64,000 nucleotides of DNA, taken from contig CAVXRK010000003.1 of NCBI GenBank assembly GCA_963764025.1, forward strand, positions 304,561 to 368,560, in the 5' to 3' direction. Shown in pieces: positions 1-8,912 of the stretch (the stretch's first letter is position 1; each line of letters begins with the position of its first letter). The position numbers were made by a program, and so were the translations under genes. Source of the stretch: an uncultured Acidobacteriota bacterium. Its GTDB lineage: Bacteria; Acidobacteriota; Thermoanaerobaculia; UBA5066; Gp7-AA6. The notes under the pieces were generated by a model, which worked only from the letters and a program-made list of their open reading frames with translations, did no database searches and had not been told where the DNA came from.

Positions 1-469
1 GGTTGTGCAGCGTCACTCCGCGGGCGATCTCGCGCTCCGCCGTCCGCCAGACGAGGGCGGCTTCGAAGAGCGCGACCGATTCCGCGAGCTCGGCGGCCGA
101 CGAGCCGAGGTTCGACAGGGCCGTGGCGAAGTTGTGGAGAGCCCGGGCGCGCCAGCCGCTGTCGGTGTCCTCGGCGAAGTGCGCCAGGGCTTCGCCGAAG
201 AGAGCCCGGGCCCGCGGGAGGTTCGCGGCCGGACCGGGGCTGCCGAAGAAGACGGCCGCGTTGTGCAGGAACCGGGCGCGCTCCTCCGGCGCGGGGAAGG
301 AGAGCTCCGGCAGGAAGGCCCAGAGATCTTCGGCGAGCACCCGCGCGCGCGCCGCGTCGCCCGACTCGCGCAGCTCCTCCTGCGCCCGGAACCAGTCGCG
401 GTACGCCCCGACGGGGTCGGCCGCGAGGGTCGCCCGGAAGTGGCGGCGGAGGTCCTCGAGGTCGGTCAT
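1..469 (-). CDS. TPR-like helical-repeat hypothetical protein (runs off the window edge)
   Basis: Not in the ORF track. Read manually from ATG at 469: MTDLEDLRRHFRATLAADPVGAYRDWF..., with recurring 'RARFLHNAA', 'RARALHNFATAL', 'RGVTLHN' motifs typical of TPR-like repeats; high-GC codon usage. Confidence 0.65.
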   Translation of the reverse strand, partial: MTDLEDLRRHFRATLAADPVGAYRDWFRAQEELRESGDAARARVLAEDLWAFLPELSFPAPEERARFLHNAAVFFGSPGPAANLPRARALFGEALAHFAEDTDSGWRARALHNFATALSNLGSSAAELAESVALFEAALVWRTAEREIARGVTLHN

Positions 470-482
470 CCGGGCGACAAGA

Positions 483-1163
483 CTATCCGGGCAGCGCAAA
501 GTACGCCTTTCCATGTCCGGGGCTGTTCTCGTGGCCGATCAGCGCCGATTCGACCCCGGGAGGGTCCCCGACGAAGAGGCGCGGCTCGGGGAAGGTCGGG
601 GGCAGGTCGAAGACGAAGGTCGTGTTCGACTCCTCGCCCGGCCGGAGGGGCCGATCGAAGGGGGCCGAGGGGCCGTTCGCCGCCTCCCAGGCCCGCGTCG
701 CGGCGGGCGACGGGGCGAGCCGCCGGCCCGCTGCGTCGACGAGGTAGACCGCCCGGGGGTTGGGCGTCAGCGGCGCGTTCCCGCGAAACGGAGCCGTCGT
801 CGAGGGATCGAACCACGCCCGGACGGTCACCGCGAGCCGCGACGGCGACGGGGCCGAGGCGGCCGCGATCGAGTAGGCGAGGTGGCAGTCGATCTCGCAG
901 AAGATCTTTCGGTCTCCGACGGGCAGGGTCCGGTCGTGCGACGCCGCCGCGACCCCGAAGAGGGGAAGGGCGTAGGCGTACCCGACGGCGAGCCCAGCCG
1001 CCGCGAGCCGGCGCGCCAGCCGCCGGCGCCGCGCCGCGGCCGAGACGGCGGCCGCGAGCGCGAGACCGAAGAGCAGGAAGCCCGCGCCGAGGAACGCCAG
1101 GAGCACGAGCGGGGCGAGCGGCGGCACGGAGACGGCGGCGATCGGCAGAGAGCTTTGCATCAT
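483..1163 (-). CDS. Membrane-anchored hypothetical protein with a C-terminal beta-rich extracytoplasmic domain (DUF4352-like)
   Basis: Two hydrophobic N-terminal segments, then 'VYLVDAAGRR...LRPGEESNTTFVFDLP'. GGAG upstream of ATG 1163. Confidence 0.6.
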   Translation of the reverse strand: MMQSSLPIAAVSVPPLAPLVLLAFLGAGFLLFGLALAAAVSAAARRRRLARRLAAAGLAVGYAYALPLFGVAAASHDRTLPVGDRKIFCEIDCHLAYSIAAASAPSPSRLAVTVRAWFDPSTTAPFRGNAPLTPNPRAVYLVDAAGRRLAPSPAATRAWEAANGPSAPFDRPLRPGEESNTTFVFDLPPTFPEPRLFVGDPPGVESALIGHENSPGHGKAYFALPG

Positions 1164-1168
1164 AAAGT
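1152..1168. promoter_or_regulatory. Putative operator, copy 2 (GCTTT-N7-AAAGT)
   Basis: gctttgcatcataaagt, 15/17 identical to the copy at 2151-2167; AT-rich in a GC-rich context; overlaps the start of 483..1163. Confidence 0.6.
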
Positions 1169-1184
1169 CAGTCTCCAAAAAAAA

Positions 1185-1544
1185 TCAGCGTCCGCGGGCG
1201 TGGGCGATGAGGGCTTCGAGGTGTCCGAGGTAGCGCTCGAGGGCGCGGCGTCCGGCCGACGTCAGCCGGTAGGTCGTCCGCGGGACCCGGCCCTCGAACC
1301 CCTTCGCGCAGTCGACGTAACCGGCCTCCTCCAGGCGCCGGGCGTGCACCGACAGGTTGCCGTCCGTCGTGTCGAGGAGAGCCTTGAGCTCGTTGAAGGT
1401 CAGGGAGGGGCTGGCGGCGAGCGCGCTCACGATCGCCAGGCGCATGCGCTCGTGGATCACCCGGTCGAGCGCGGGGAGCGGCGAGCGCGCGGCCCGGGGC
1501 GCCGGGGCCGCGGGCGCGGGAACGCGGGCCCGGGCCCTAGCCAC
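1185..1544 (-). CDS. Winged-helix transcriptional regulator (ArsR/MarR-like, HTH_34 type)
   Basis: 'LDRVIHERMRLAIVSAL...FNELKALLDTTDGNLSVHARRLEEAGYV...RTTYRLT' signature. Confidence 0.9.
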   Translation of the reverse strand: MARARARVPAPAAPAPRAARSPLPALDRVIHERMRLAIVSALAASPSLTFNELKALLDTTDGNLSVHARRLEEAGYVDCAKGFEGRVPRTTYRLTSAGRRALERYLGHLEALIAHARGR

Positions 1545-2112
1545 CGTGCCTCCGCGCGATCACGGAGCCGAAGACGATCTGGAGGCCGCCGAAGCCGGCC
1601 GCGAGGTACGCGGTCCCCCACGCGGAGGGGGAGGCGAGCGCCGCGGCGCCGAGCAGCATGAAGAGCGCCCCCATGACGAGGACCGGGCGCACCGACATGG
1701 CCCCGCCCGTCACGACCGCGGTGCCGTAAAGGAGAAGCCACACGCCGGGCAGAAGCTCGGCGCGGCCGGCCCGCGCCAGGGCGAGCGTGAGCAGGGCCCC
1801 GGCGGCGAGCGGGGGCGTCAGCGTCAGGAGGAAGCGCCGGGCCGGGCCCGAGAACATGTCGGTGCCGGTGCGGCGGGCCTTTCGCGCCATGGCGACGCAG
1901 CCGAGCGCGATCGCGACGACGGCCTCGACGAGCCAGACGAGGAGCCAGGCCTCCGGTGTCCGCGCCCGGGCCGAGATCCCGGCGGCGAGAAGGGCCGTCA
2001 GGCCCATGCCGACGCCGCCCGTCCCGGGGACCGCCGTGAACGAGGAGGCGCGCTCCATCGTCTCGCGGATGAACCGGATGTTGTCGGCGGCGTGGCGCTC
2101 GAGGGGCTGCAC
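1537..2112 (-). CDS. Conserved integral membrane protein coupled to the wHTH regulator
   Basis: 'AADNIRFIRETMERASSFTAVPG' then about 6 TM helices; overlaps the regulator start. Start placed at GTG 2112 because the track's TTG 2148 is part of a TTGACA -35 box. Confidence 0.75.
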   Translation of the reverse strand: MQPLERHAADNIRFIRETMERASSFTAVPGTGGVGMGLTALLAAGISARARTPEAWLLVWLVEAVVAIALGCVAMARKARRTGTDMFSGPARRFLLTLTPPLAAGALLTLALARAGRAELLPGVWLLLYGTAVVTGGAMSVRPVLVMGALFMLLGAAALASPSAWGTAYLAAGFGGLQIVFGSVIARRHGG

Positions 2113-2118
2113 GGGCGA

Positions 2119-2168
2119 AGTCTGGAGCGGTCGCGACGGCGTTGTCAAGTACTTTGCATCAAAAAGTA
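2119..2168 (-). promoter_or_regulatory. Sigma70-like promoter (TTGACA-N18-CAGACT) with adjacent palindromic operator TACTTT-N7-AAAGTA
   Basis: Minus-strand TTGACA at 2148-2143 and CAGACT at 2124-2119, 6 nt before GTG 2112; palindrome at 2150-2168. Confidence 0.6.
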
Positions 2169-2169
2169 A

Positions 2170-4230
2170 TCAGGGAGAATCGAAGAGGCCGCGCTGGACG
2201 GGGCCGGGCCGCCGGAAGGTCCCGGTCCGGGCGCCGGCCTCGCCCTTCTCCTTGTTGAAGCCGAGCCGTCGGCATTCGATCTCGAAGAGGCTCTCGATCG
2301 CCGCCCACCGCGGGCCGACGCCATCCATCCGCGCGCCGAAGCGCGATTCGTTGCTCCTGCCCCCGCGCGTCTGCCGCAGGTTCGACCAGACGCGCGCGGC
2401 GCGGTCCGGGAACGCCTCCGCCAGGCGCTGCTGGAACACCGGCAGGACTTCGGCCGGCAGGCGCAGGAGGGTCATGAACGCGCTCGCCGCGCCGGCCTCC
2501 CGGGCCCGTGCCAGGATGCCCGCGATGTCGCTGTCGTTCAGGCCGGGGATGACCGGCGCGAGCGCCACGCCCGTGCGGATGCCGGCCTCCGAAAGCCGGG
2601 CCAGCGTGTCGAAGCGCTGCGACGCCGGGCTCGCGTGGGGTTCCATGAGGCGGGCCGTCGCGTCGTCGGCGAACGGGATGCTCACGTAGACCATGGCATC
2701 GGCCTCGCGGGCGAGCCGGGCGAGGACGTCGGCGTCGCGGCGCACGAGCGCGCCCTTCGTCACGATGCCGACCGGGTTGCGAAACTCCGCGCAGACCTCC
2801 AGGCACTTCCGGGTGAGGCCGTAGACGGCCTCGAGCGGCTGGTAACAGTCGGTCACGCCCGAGAAGACGAGCGTCTCGCCCGTCCAGGACTTCCGCATCA
2901 GCTCCTTCCGGAGGAGCTCCGGCGCGTTCGTCTTGACGACGATCTTGCGATCGAAGTCCGTGCCCGCGCCCCAGCCGAGATACTGGTGGGTCGGGCGAGC
3001 GTAGCAATTGTGGCTAACGACGCCATTGGCGATGAAATCGCCGGTCTCCGTCGTGATGTCGAAGAGGGGAAGCTCGATCCCCATGGGTTGGATCGATGCG
3101 ACGCGGAGGCGCGCCGCGCTCTTGATCGCCTGGCCCGAGATGTCGAACTTGCGAGTGATGGCCGGCGCGGCGGTGTGAAAGAATCGCAGGTGCTCCCGAA
3201 GGCCGCGTCGGACCCTGACCGAGTAGATCGGCTTCGTCCGCACCCGGGTTTCCACGATGAAGTCGAAGCCGAAGTGCCGCAACCCTTCGGCGACGCGCTG
3301 GATGATCGTTCTGTCGGTGTTGACGATTCTAAGGATGCCGCGGCTATAGCCGCCCTCGGCGTCGAAAATTCCTCCGAGGAAACCGCGATACCAGTCGGAG
3401 GCCGGATGATCCGGCCACTGGACGATGTTCCGAATGGCGTCTACGGACGCCCGTACATGCGTGCGGATTCCGCGAAGCGGCCTGCGGTTGCCGGTGGCCG
3501 CTTGGAAGAGGAACTCGCGCGTGTCGATGGACAGCGCCTGCAGGTAGAGCCGGGTGCGCTGCAACGCTTCGAAATCGGCCAGGGCCAGTCGGAATTGATG
3601 TTGGACATCCGTCGCCCGACGGCGCCCTCCGTAGTCGAAGGTGGCCAGCAAGGCATCCCCCCGTACCATGCCGCAGAGATAGCCGACGCGGTAGTCGTCC
3701 GTTTCCGTCGGGGTCGGCGCGAGCCGGCCGATCCCGAGGAGTTCGTTGTTCGTCGTCAGGTGCGGTCTCTGGTTGCGCTGACCCGGAGAAACGTACTTCC
3801 ATCCTCGTTCCGTCAGGAAGCGGTGGTCGCCGCTCGAAATCAGCGTGGTGCCGTCTTCGAGCTCCAGTCGGTAGGCGGTCTCGCGGCGGTTCCAGTGATG
3901 GAGAACGGGCGTTCGCACATAGCGCCGGTAGCGGCCTACGCGCGCCGTTCCGTAGACCTCGTCTCCGACGCGGACATCCACGAGAGCCCTCGTGCGCCCG
4001 TCGCCCATGAGGATCGGCGTGTCTCCGTCGAGGCAATAAGCGCACGCATGGAAGCATCCGCGGTACGGGTTGACGCTGCACCGGAAGCCGACGTCCGGGC
4101 TGTCGTTCTCGGCGATGATCGACTTCGCATCTTCCTCGAACACCTCGAGCTCCGCCTCGGGCGGCTCGCCGAGCCACTCGGCATGGACGCTGTCCCAGGG
4201 GTTCGGGGGATTGGAAACTCGGCGGGCCAC
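2170..4230 (-). CDS. PA0069/Rv2578c-family (SplB-like) radical SAM protein containing an intein
   Basis: 'SVNPYRGCFHACAY[intein]CYARPTHQYLG...DFDRKIVVK...SGVTDCYQPLE' matches the family; 343-aa insert with intein termini. Confidence 0.92.
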   Translation of the reverse strand: MARRVSNPPNPWDSVHAEWLGEPPEAELEVFEEDAKSIIAENDSPDVGFRCSVNPYRGCFHACAYCLDGDTPILMGDGRTRALVDVRVGDEVYGTARVGRYRRYVRTPVLHHWNRRETAYRLELEDGTTLISSGDHRFLTERGWKYVSPGQRNQRPHLTTNNELLGIGRLAPTPTETDDYRVGYLCGMVRGDALLATFDYGGRRRATDVQHQFRLALADFEALQRTRLYLQALSIDTREFLFQAATGNRRPLRGIRTHVRASVDAIRNIVQWPDHPASDWYRGFLGGIFDAEGGYSRGILRIVNTDRTIIQRVAEGLRHFGFDFIVETRVRTKPIYSVRVRRGLREHLRFFHTAAPAITRKFDISGQAIKSAARLRVASIQPMGIELPLFDITTETGDFIANGVVSHNCYARPTHQYLGWGAGTDFDRKIVVKTNAPELLRKELMRKSWTGETLVFSGVTDCYQPLEAVYGLTRKCLEVCAEFRNPVGIVTKGALVRRDADVLARLAREADAMVYVSIPFADDATARLMEPHASPASQRFDTLARLSEAGIRTGVALAPVIPGLNDSDIAGILARAREAGAASAFMTLLRLPAEVLPVFQQRLAEAFPDRAARVWSNLRQTRGGRSNESRFGARMDGVGPRWAAIESLFEIECRRLGFNKEKGEAGARTGTFRRPGPVQRGLFDSP
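3007..4035 (-). mobile_element. Intein with LAGLIDADG homing endonuclease (343 aa)
   Basis: N-terminus CLDGDTPILMGDG; block B 'SSGDHRFLT'; LAGLIDADG-like 'YLCGMVRGDA' and 'FLGGIFDAEG'; C-terminus 'FDITTETGDFIANGVVSHN' followed by +1 Cys. Confidence 0.95.
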
Positions 4231-4235
4231 GGGGT

Positions 4236-5078
4236 TCAGGCGGACCTGGTGGGCCCCGAATCCTTCGACGCGGCCCCGGCGAGGCGCGCGAACTGCTTGA
4301 GCCCTTCGCCGGTCAGGAACGGCGAGGCGAAGCGGATGAGGTCGGTGCGCAGGCGCCGGAAGGCTTCGAGGGGGTCCTTGGACAGGCCGGGATAACGCAT
4401 CAGGTTTTCGACGCCGAGCCGCTGCATGTAGTCGGGGTGGAGGAGCCGCCGGGCGCCGGCCGCGTAGGCCGCGATCGCGACGCCGGTGCGGACCTCGACC
4501 TCGAGGGACCGGCCCCTCCGAACGAAGCGCGCTTTCGCCGTGTTCTCCTCGCGCGGGACCTGGCGCCTGAAGCCGTGGGCTTTCATCACGTCCTCGAGGA
4601 GCCGGGAGCCCTCGTCGGCGAGCTCGGTGTCCTTGCGCCGGGGAGGCGAGCGGCGCAGCGCCTCCATCAGAGAGTCGATGCGGCCGCGCAGCTCGTCGCG
4701 CGTGATGCGAAACGCCGCCATGCGAGCCTCGTCGTCCCCGCGGGCGAAGCTCGGGTCCTCGATCGACCAGTGCACGAGGTGGCGCGCCCCGGGCCAGCTC
4801 GGGCAGTCCGCCGCCGCGGAATCGCAGACGGTGACGACGAGGTCGAGGGCGGCGTCCCGGAATTCCTCGGCCGGCTTCGAGCGGGCCTCGTCGACGTGCA
4901 CGCCGAGCTCTTCGATCGCCTGCACGGCGAGCGGGTGGACGAACCCGGCGGGACGGGAACCCGCCGACACCGGATCGAGCAGGTCGCCGTAGTCGAGCCG
5001 GGCCAGGGCCTCGGCCATCTGACTGCGCGCCGCGTTGCCGGTGCAGAGAAAGAGGATGCGCTTACGGTCTTCGGGCAC
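4236..5078 (-). CDS. arsC: Arsenate reductase ArsC (LMW-PTP fold) with an extra C-terminal domain of about 130 aa
   Basis: 'ILFLCTGNAARSQMAEA', 'SAGSRP', 'TVCDSAAADCP', 'HWSIEDP'. GTG 5078 is preceded by AGAAAGGGA. Confidence 0.8.
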   Translation of the reverse strand: MPEDRKRILFLCTGNAARSQMAEALARLDYGDLLDPVSAGSRPAGFVHPLAVQAIEELGVHVDEARSKPAEEFRDAALDLVVTVCDSAAADCPSWPGARHLVHWSIEDPSFARGDDEARMAAFRITRDELRGRIDSLMEALRRSPPRRKDTELADEGSRLLEDVMKAHGFRRQVPREENTAKARFVRRGRSLEVEVRTGVAIAAYAAGARRLLHPDYMQRLGVENLMRYPGLSKDPLEAFRRLRTDLIRFASPFLTGEGLKQFARLAGAASKDSGPTRSA

Positions 5079-5212
5079 GTCCCTTTCTATATCGCAATCG
5101 CTCCTTCCGATCTCCGGGGAAGGCCGAAGAAGGTCGGCGCGCGTGCCCCGCGGGGACGTTGCGAGCCCCTGCCCGTAGCCGAATCGCGCGTTCCGCCCCA
5201 TAATGGAGCGGA

Positions 5213-7544
5213 TTGAGCGAAGGATCCTTCTGGAAGAGCCGCCTCGCCGGTGAGGCGATCGGAGTCGTGCTGCTGCTCGCGGGGCTCCTCGCGGCGCTGG
5301 CGCTGCTGTCCTACGACCCCCGGGACCCGAACATCTTCTCGTGGACCGCGGGCGGGGAGGCCGCCAGCCCGAACAACTGGATCGGGGGCTTCGGCGCGTC
5401 GCTCGGCGCAGCCCTCTACGCACTCTTCGGGTTCGCGGCCTGGGGCGTGACCGGTCTCGTCTTCGTCCTGGGCTGGCGCCGGTTCTGGGGGCGGCCGCTT
5501 CCCAACCCGGCGTCCAAGGCGGCGGGGATCGGGATCCTTCTCTTCTCGCTGCCGATGCTGATCTCGCTGGCGCTCGGGCGGCGGAGGATGTTCGGCGAGG
5601 AGGCGGAGACGGGAGGGATCGTCGGCCGCGCGCTCGCGGACGCCTTCCGCGGCCGGATCGGAACGACCGGCGCGGTCCTCGTGGCGGGGACCCTGGTCCT
5701 CCTCGCCGTGCCGCTGGCGACGCAGGTCTCCCTCGGCGACGTGTTCCTCCGGCTCCGCGTCCGGTTCGCGGGCCTCCTCTCGCGCCTGACCGTGGGCTGG
5801 GCGCGGCGGCGCGACCGCCGCACCAAGGAGCGCCTGCGGCGGACCGTCGTGACGAAGCACCTCGAGAAGGCGCGTCACGGCGAGATCTCCCTCGACGAGA
5901 TCCCGTTCGCCGTCGAGGAGGCCCCACCGATCGTCCGGGAGCTGCCGGGGCCCGGCAAGTTTTCGATCAAGAAGACGACGGCCGCGCCGGCGAAGGCCAG
6001 GCCGGCGGCCGCGGTGCCGAAGAAGAAGCCCGACGCCCAGCAGAGCCTGCCGCTGACGGTCGCGGGCTACACGTATCCGCCCGTATCGCTCCTCGAGAAG
6101 CGCGAGCAATCGACGGCGATCGACCGCAAGGCGCTCGCCGAAACCGGACGCCAGATCGCGTCCAAGTGCGCGGAGTTCGACGTCGAGGGCGAGGTGGCCG
6201 AGTACCACCCCGGCCCCGTCGTCACGACCTACGAGTTCCGGCCGGCGGCCGGCATCAAGGTCAACCAGGTCATGGGGCTGTCCGAGGACCTGGCGCTCGC
6301 CCTCTCGGCCGAATCGATCCGGGTCGAGCGGCTGCCCGGCCGGGCGAGCGTCGGAATCGAGGTCCCCAATCCGGGCGGAGGCGAGATCATCGCGATCCGC
6401 GACGTCATCGAGTCCGAGCGCTTCCAGAGCTCGCGCTCGCTCCTGACGCTCGCCCTGGGCAAAGACATCCATGGCGAGCCCGTGATCGACGATCTGCGCG
6501 CCATGCCGCATCTCCTGATCGCCGGCACGACGGGCTCCGGCAAGAGCGTCGGGATCAACGCGCTCATCACCTCGATCCTCTACAAGGCGCGGCCCGACCA
6601 GGTGAAGCTGATCCTCATCGACCCCAAGATGGTCGAGCTCGAGATGTACGAGAACCTCCCGCACCTGGCGACCCCCATCATCACCGACCCGAAGAAGGCC
6701 GCGAACGCCCTGAAGTGGGCGGTCGCGACGATGGAGGAGCGCTTCCAGACGCTCTCCGACTTCGGCCAGGTGCGCAACGCCGAGCAGTACAACGCGGCCA
6801 TCCAGGATCCCGAGGCCGTGGCCCGCGTCCGCGCCCAGCATCCCGAGGATCCGGACCTGAAGCTCGAGCCGATGCCGCTTGATCGTCATCGTCATCGACG
6901 AGCTCGCCGACCTGATGATGACGTCGGCCAAGGACGTCGAGGAGGCGATCGTGCGGATCGCGCAGAAGGCGCGCGCGGTCGGCATCCACCTCGTGGTCGC
7001 GACGCAGCGGCCCTCGGTCGACGTCCTCACGGGCGTCATCAAGGCGAATCTCCCGTCGCGAATCGCCTTCAAGGTGTCGTCCAAGATCGACTCCCGCGTC
7101 ATCCTCGACGGCAACGGCGCCGAACGGCTCCTCGGCCGCGGCGACATGCTCTACCTGCCGCCCGGGACCTCGCGGTTGAAACGCGTCCACGGCGCCTTCG
7201 TCTCGGTCCAGGAGACGGCGGCCCTGATGAAGTTTCTCCGGAAGCAGGCCAAGCCGCTCTTCGACGAGGAGATCACGAAGGACCGCGCCGAGGCCGTGCA
7301 GCGCGACGACGCCGGGGACGAGACGGATCCGCTCTACGACGACGCCGCGCGCCTGGTCGTGCGCGAGAAGATGGCCTCGATCTCGTTTCTCCAGCGGCGC
7401 ATGGGCGTCGGGTTCTCGCGCGCCGGCAAGCTCATCGACATGATGGCCCGCGACGGGCTGCTCGGGCCGCCGCGGGGCTCGAAGCCCCGCGAGGTCCTCG
7501 TGGGCCAGGATTACTTCGAGGAAGTCGACCGACAGCCGCGATGA
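5213..7544 (+). CDS. ftsK: DNA translocase FtsK (4TM + motor + gamma domain), with a +1 frameshift near 6879
   Basis: N-terminal TMs, 'MPHLLIAGTTGSGKSVGIN', 'LIDPKMVEL'. The second frame carries 'IVIDELADLMM', 'ATQRPSVDV', 'LLGRGDML' and the gamma domain 'SISFLQRRMGVGFSRAGKLID'. Confidence 0.92.
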
Positions 7545-7927
7545 GCCGCCCGATGCGTTACCTCGTCCTGGCGGTGCTGGCGGCGCCCGCGCTGACGTAC
7601 GGGATCTATCGGCTCGCCAGGGGTCTGGGCTTCCTCGACTCGCCCTGGAACAAAGAGCACGAGGAGCGGCGGACGATCGTCGTCGCGCTCTTCGCGTTCG
7701 TTCTCTTTTTCTCCATCTTTCTCTTCGGCTACGCGAACGCCTGGCCCCGGGTCTGGGCAATCTTCGGGGTCGTCAACGGCCTGGCGCTCGCGGTCTTCGC
7801 CGGGGCCGGGGCCGCGGCGGCCCGGCGGCTCTGGAAGCTGCGGCATCCGGCGTCGCCCAAGCCTCTCGGCGCGCCGCCGGCCGAGACGCTCGAGGACAAA
7901 GCCGCGGCCGAGAAACCCCTGGTCTGA
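7541..7927 (+). CDS. Small membrane protein (about 3 TM), hypothetical
   Basis: ATGA overlap with the ftsK stop; MSRPMRYLVLAVLAAP... with hydrophobic helices. Confidence 0.7.
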   Translation: MSRPMRYLVLAVLAAPALTYGIYRLARGLGFLDSPWNKEHEERRTIVVALFAFVLFFSIFLFGYANAWPRVWAIFGVVNGLALAVFAGAGAAAARRLWKLRHPASPKPLGAPPAETLEDKAAAEKPLV

Positions 7928-7961
7928 CGCGGCCACCGCGCCGGCGTCCGACGAGCGCCCC

Positions 7962-8912
7962 ATGACCGACGACCCGCGGCTCGCGACCATCTTCTTCGGC
8001 ACGCCCGAGTTCGCCGTGCCGTCGCTCGAGGCCCTGCTCGCCTCGGGCGCGAACGTGCCCCTCGTCGTGACGCAACCCGACCGGCCCGTCGGCCGGCACG
8101 CCGCGCCCCGGCCCTCGCCGGTCGCCGCGCTCGCCCAGGCGAGCGGGATCCCGACCGAAAAGCCGGCGTCGTTGCGGGGCAACGCCGAACTTCTCGCCCG
8201 GCTCGCCGCCCTGCGCCCGGACGCGATCGCCGTCGTCGCGTACGGAAAGATCTTCCCGCCCGAGCTCCTGCGGCTGCCGCGCCTCGGATGCGTCAACGTT
8301 CACGCGTCCCTCCTGCCGCGCTGGCGGGGCGCCTCCCCGATCCAGGCGGCGATCCTCGCGGGTGATCCGGAAACGGGGGTCGCGACCATGCGCATGGGAG
8401 AAGGGCTCGACACGGGACCGGTGTACCTCGAGCGGCGCGTGCCGATCGGCGACCGCGAGATGGCGGGCGAGCTCTCCGCGCGGCTCGCGCACATCGGCGG
8501 CGCCCTTCTCGTCGAGACGCTGTCCGGGCTCGCGTCCGGTACGCTCGAGCCGAGAGCGCAAGCGGGGGATCCGACGTTCTGCCGCCCGATCCGCCGGGAG
8601 GACGCCTTGGTCGACTGGGAGAGCCCCGCCGGCGAGATCCTGCGGCGGCTGCGGGCCTTCACGCCGTGGCCCGGGCTCTTCACGTTCCTCGAGGGAGAAC
8701 GGGTCAAGATCCTGGAAGCGGACGCGGCGCCTTCGGGCGGCGGCGCCGCTCCGGGCACGTTCGAGGTTTCGGCGGGCGACCTCGTCGTCGCGGCGGGAGG
8801 GCGCTCGGCCCTCCGGCTGCTGCGCCTCCAGCGCGCCGGCCGGCGCCCCGTGACCGGAGCCGAGTTCGCGCGCGCTGCGCGCCGGCCCGGCCGCTTCGGA
8901 TCGTCGGGGTGA
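7962..8912 (+). CDS. fmt: Methionyl-tRNA formyltransferase
   Basis: 'FFGTPEFAVPSL', 'VVTQPDRP', 'NVHASLLPRWRGASPIQ', 'GLDTG'. Confidence 0.96.
   Translation: MTDDPRLATIFFGTPEFAVPSLEALLASGANVPLVVTQPDRPVGRHAAPRPSPVAALAQASGIPTEKPASLRGNAELLARLAALRPDAIAVVAYGKIFPPELLRLPRLGCVNVHASLLPRWRGASPIQAAILAGDPETGVATMRMGEGLDTGPVYLERRVPIGDREMAGELSARLAHIGGALLVETLSGLASGTLEPRAQAGDPTFCRPIRREDALVDWESPAGEILRRLRAFTPWPGLFTFLEGERVKILEADAAPSGGGAAPGTFEVSAGDLVVAAGGRSALRLLRLQRAGRRPVTGAEFARAARRPGRFGSSG

Noticed and set aside
1177-1184. Poly-A tract as a phase-variation site
   Set aside because: Short, essentially intergenic, and may simply be part of an AT-rich promoter or terminator region.
3-1661. Long plus-strand ORFs at the window start
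   Set aside because: Arg/Pro/Ala-rich shadows of the real minus-strand genes.
5085-5195. Structured RNA or riboswitch between arsC and ftsK
   Set aside because: Only short GC-rich hairpins (e.g. CCTTCC...GGAAGG); no recognisable family motif.
5213-7927. 904-aa FtsK-membrane protein fusion in the ORF track
   Set aside because: Product of the +1 frameshift; the true FtsK C-terminus is in 6879..7544 and 7541..7927 is a separate gene.
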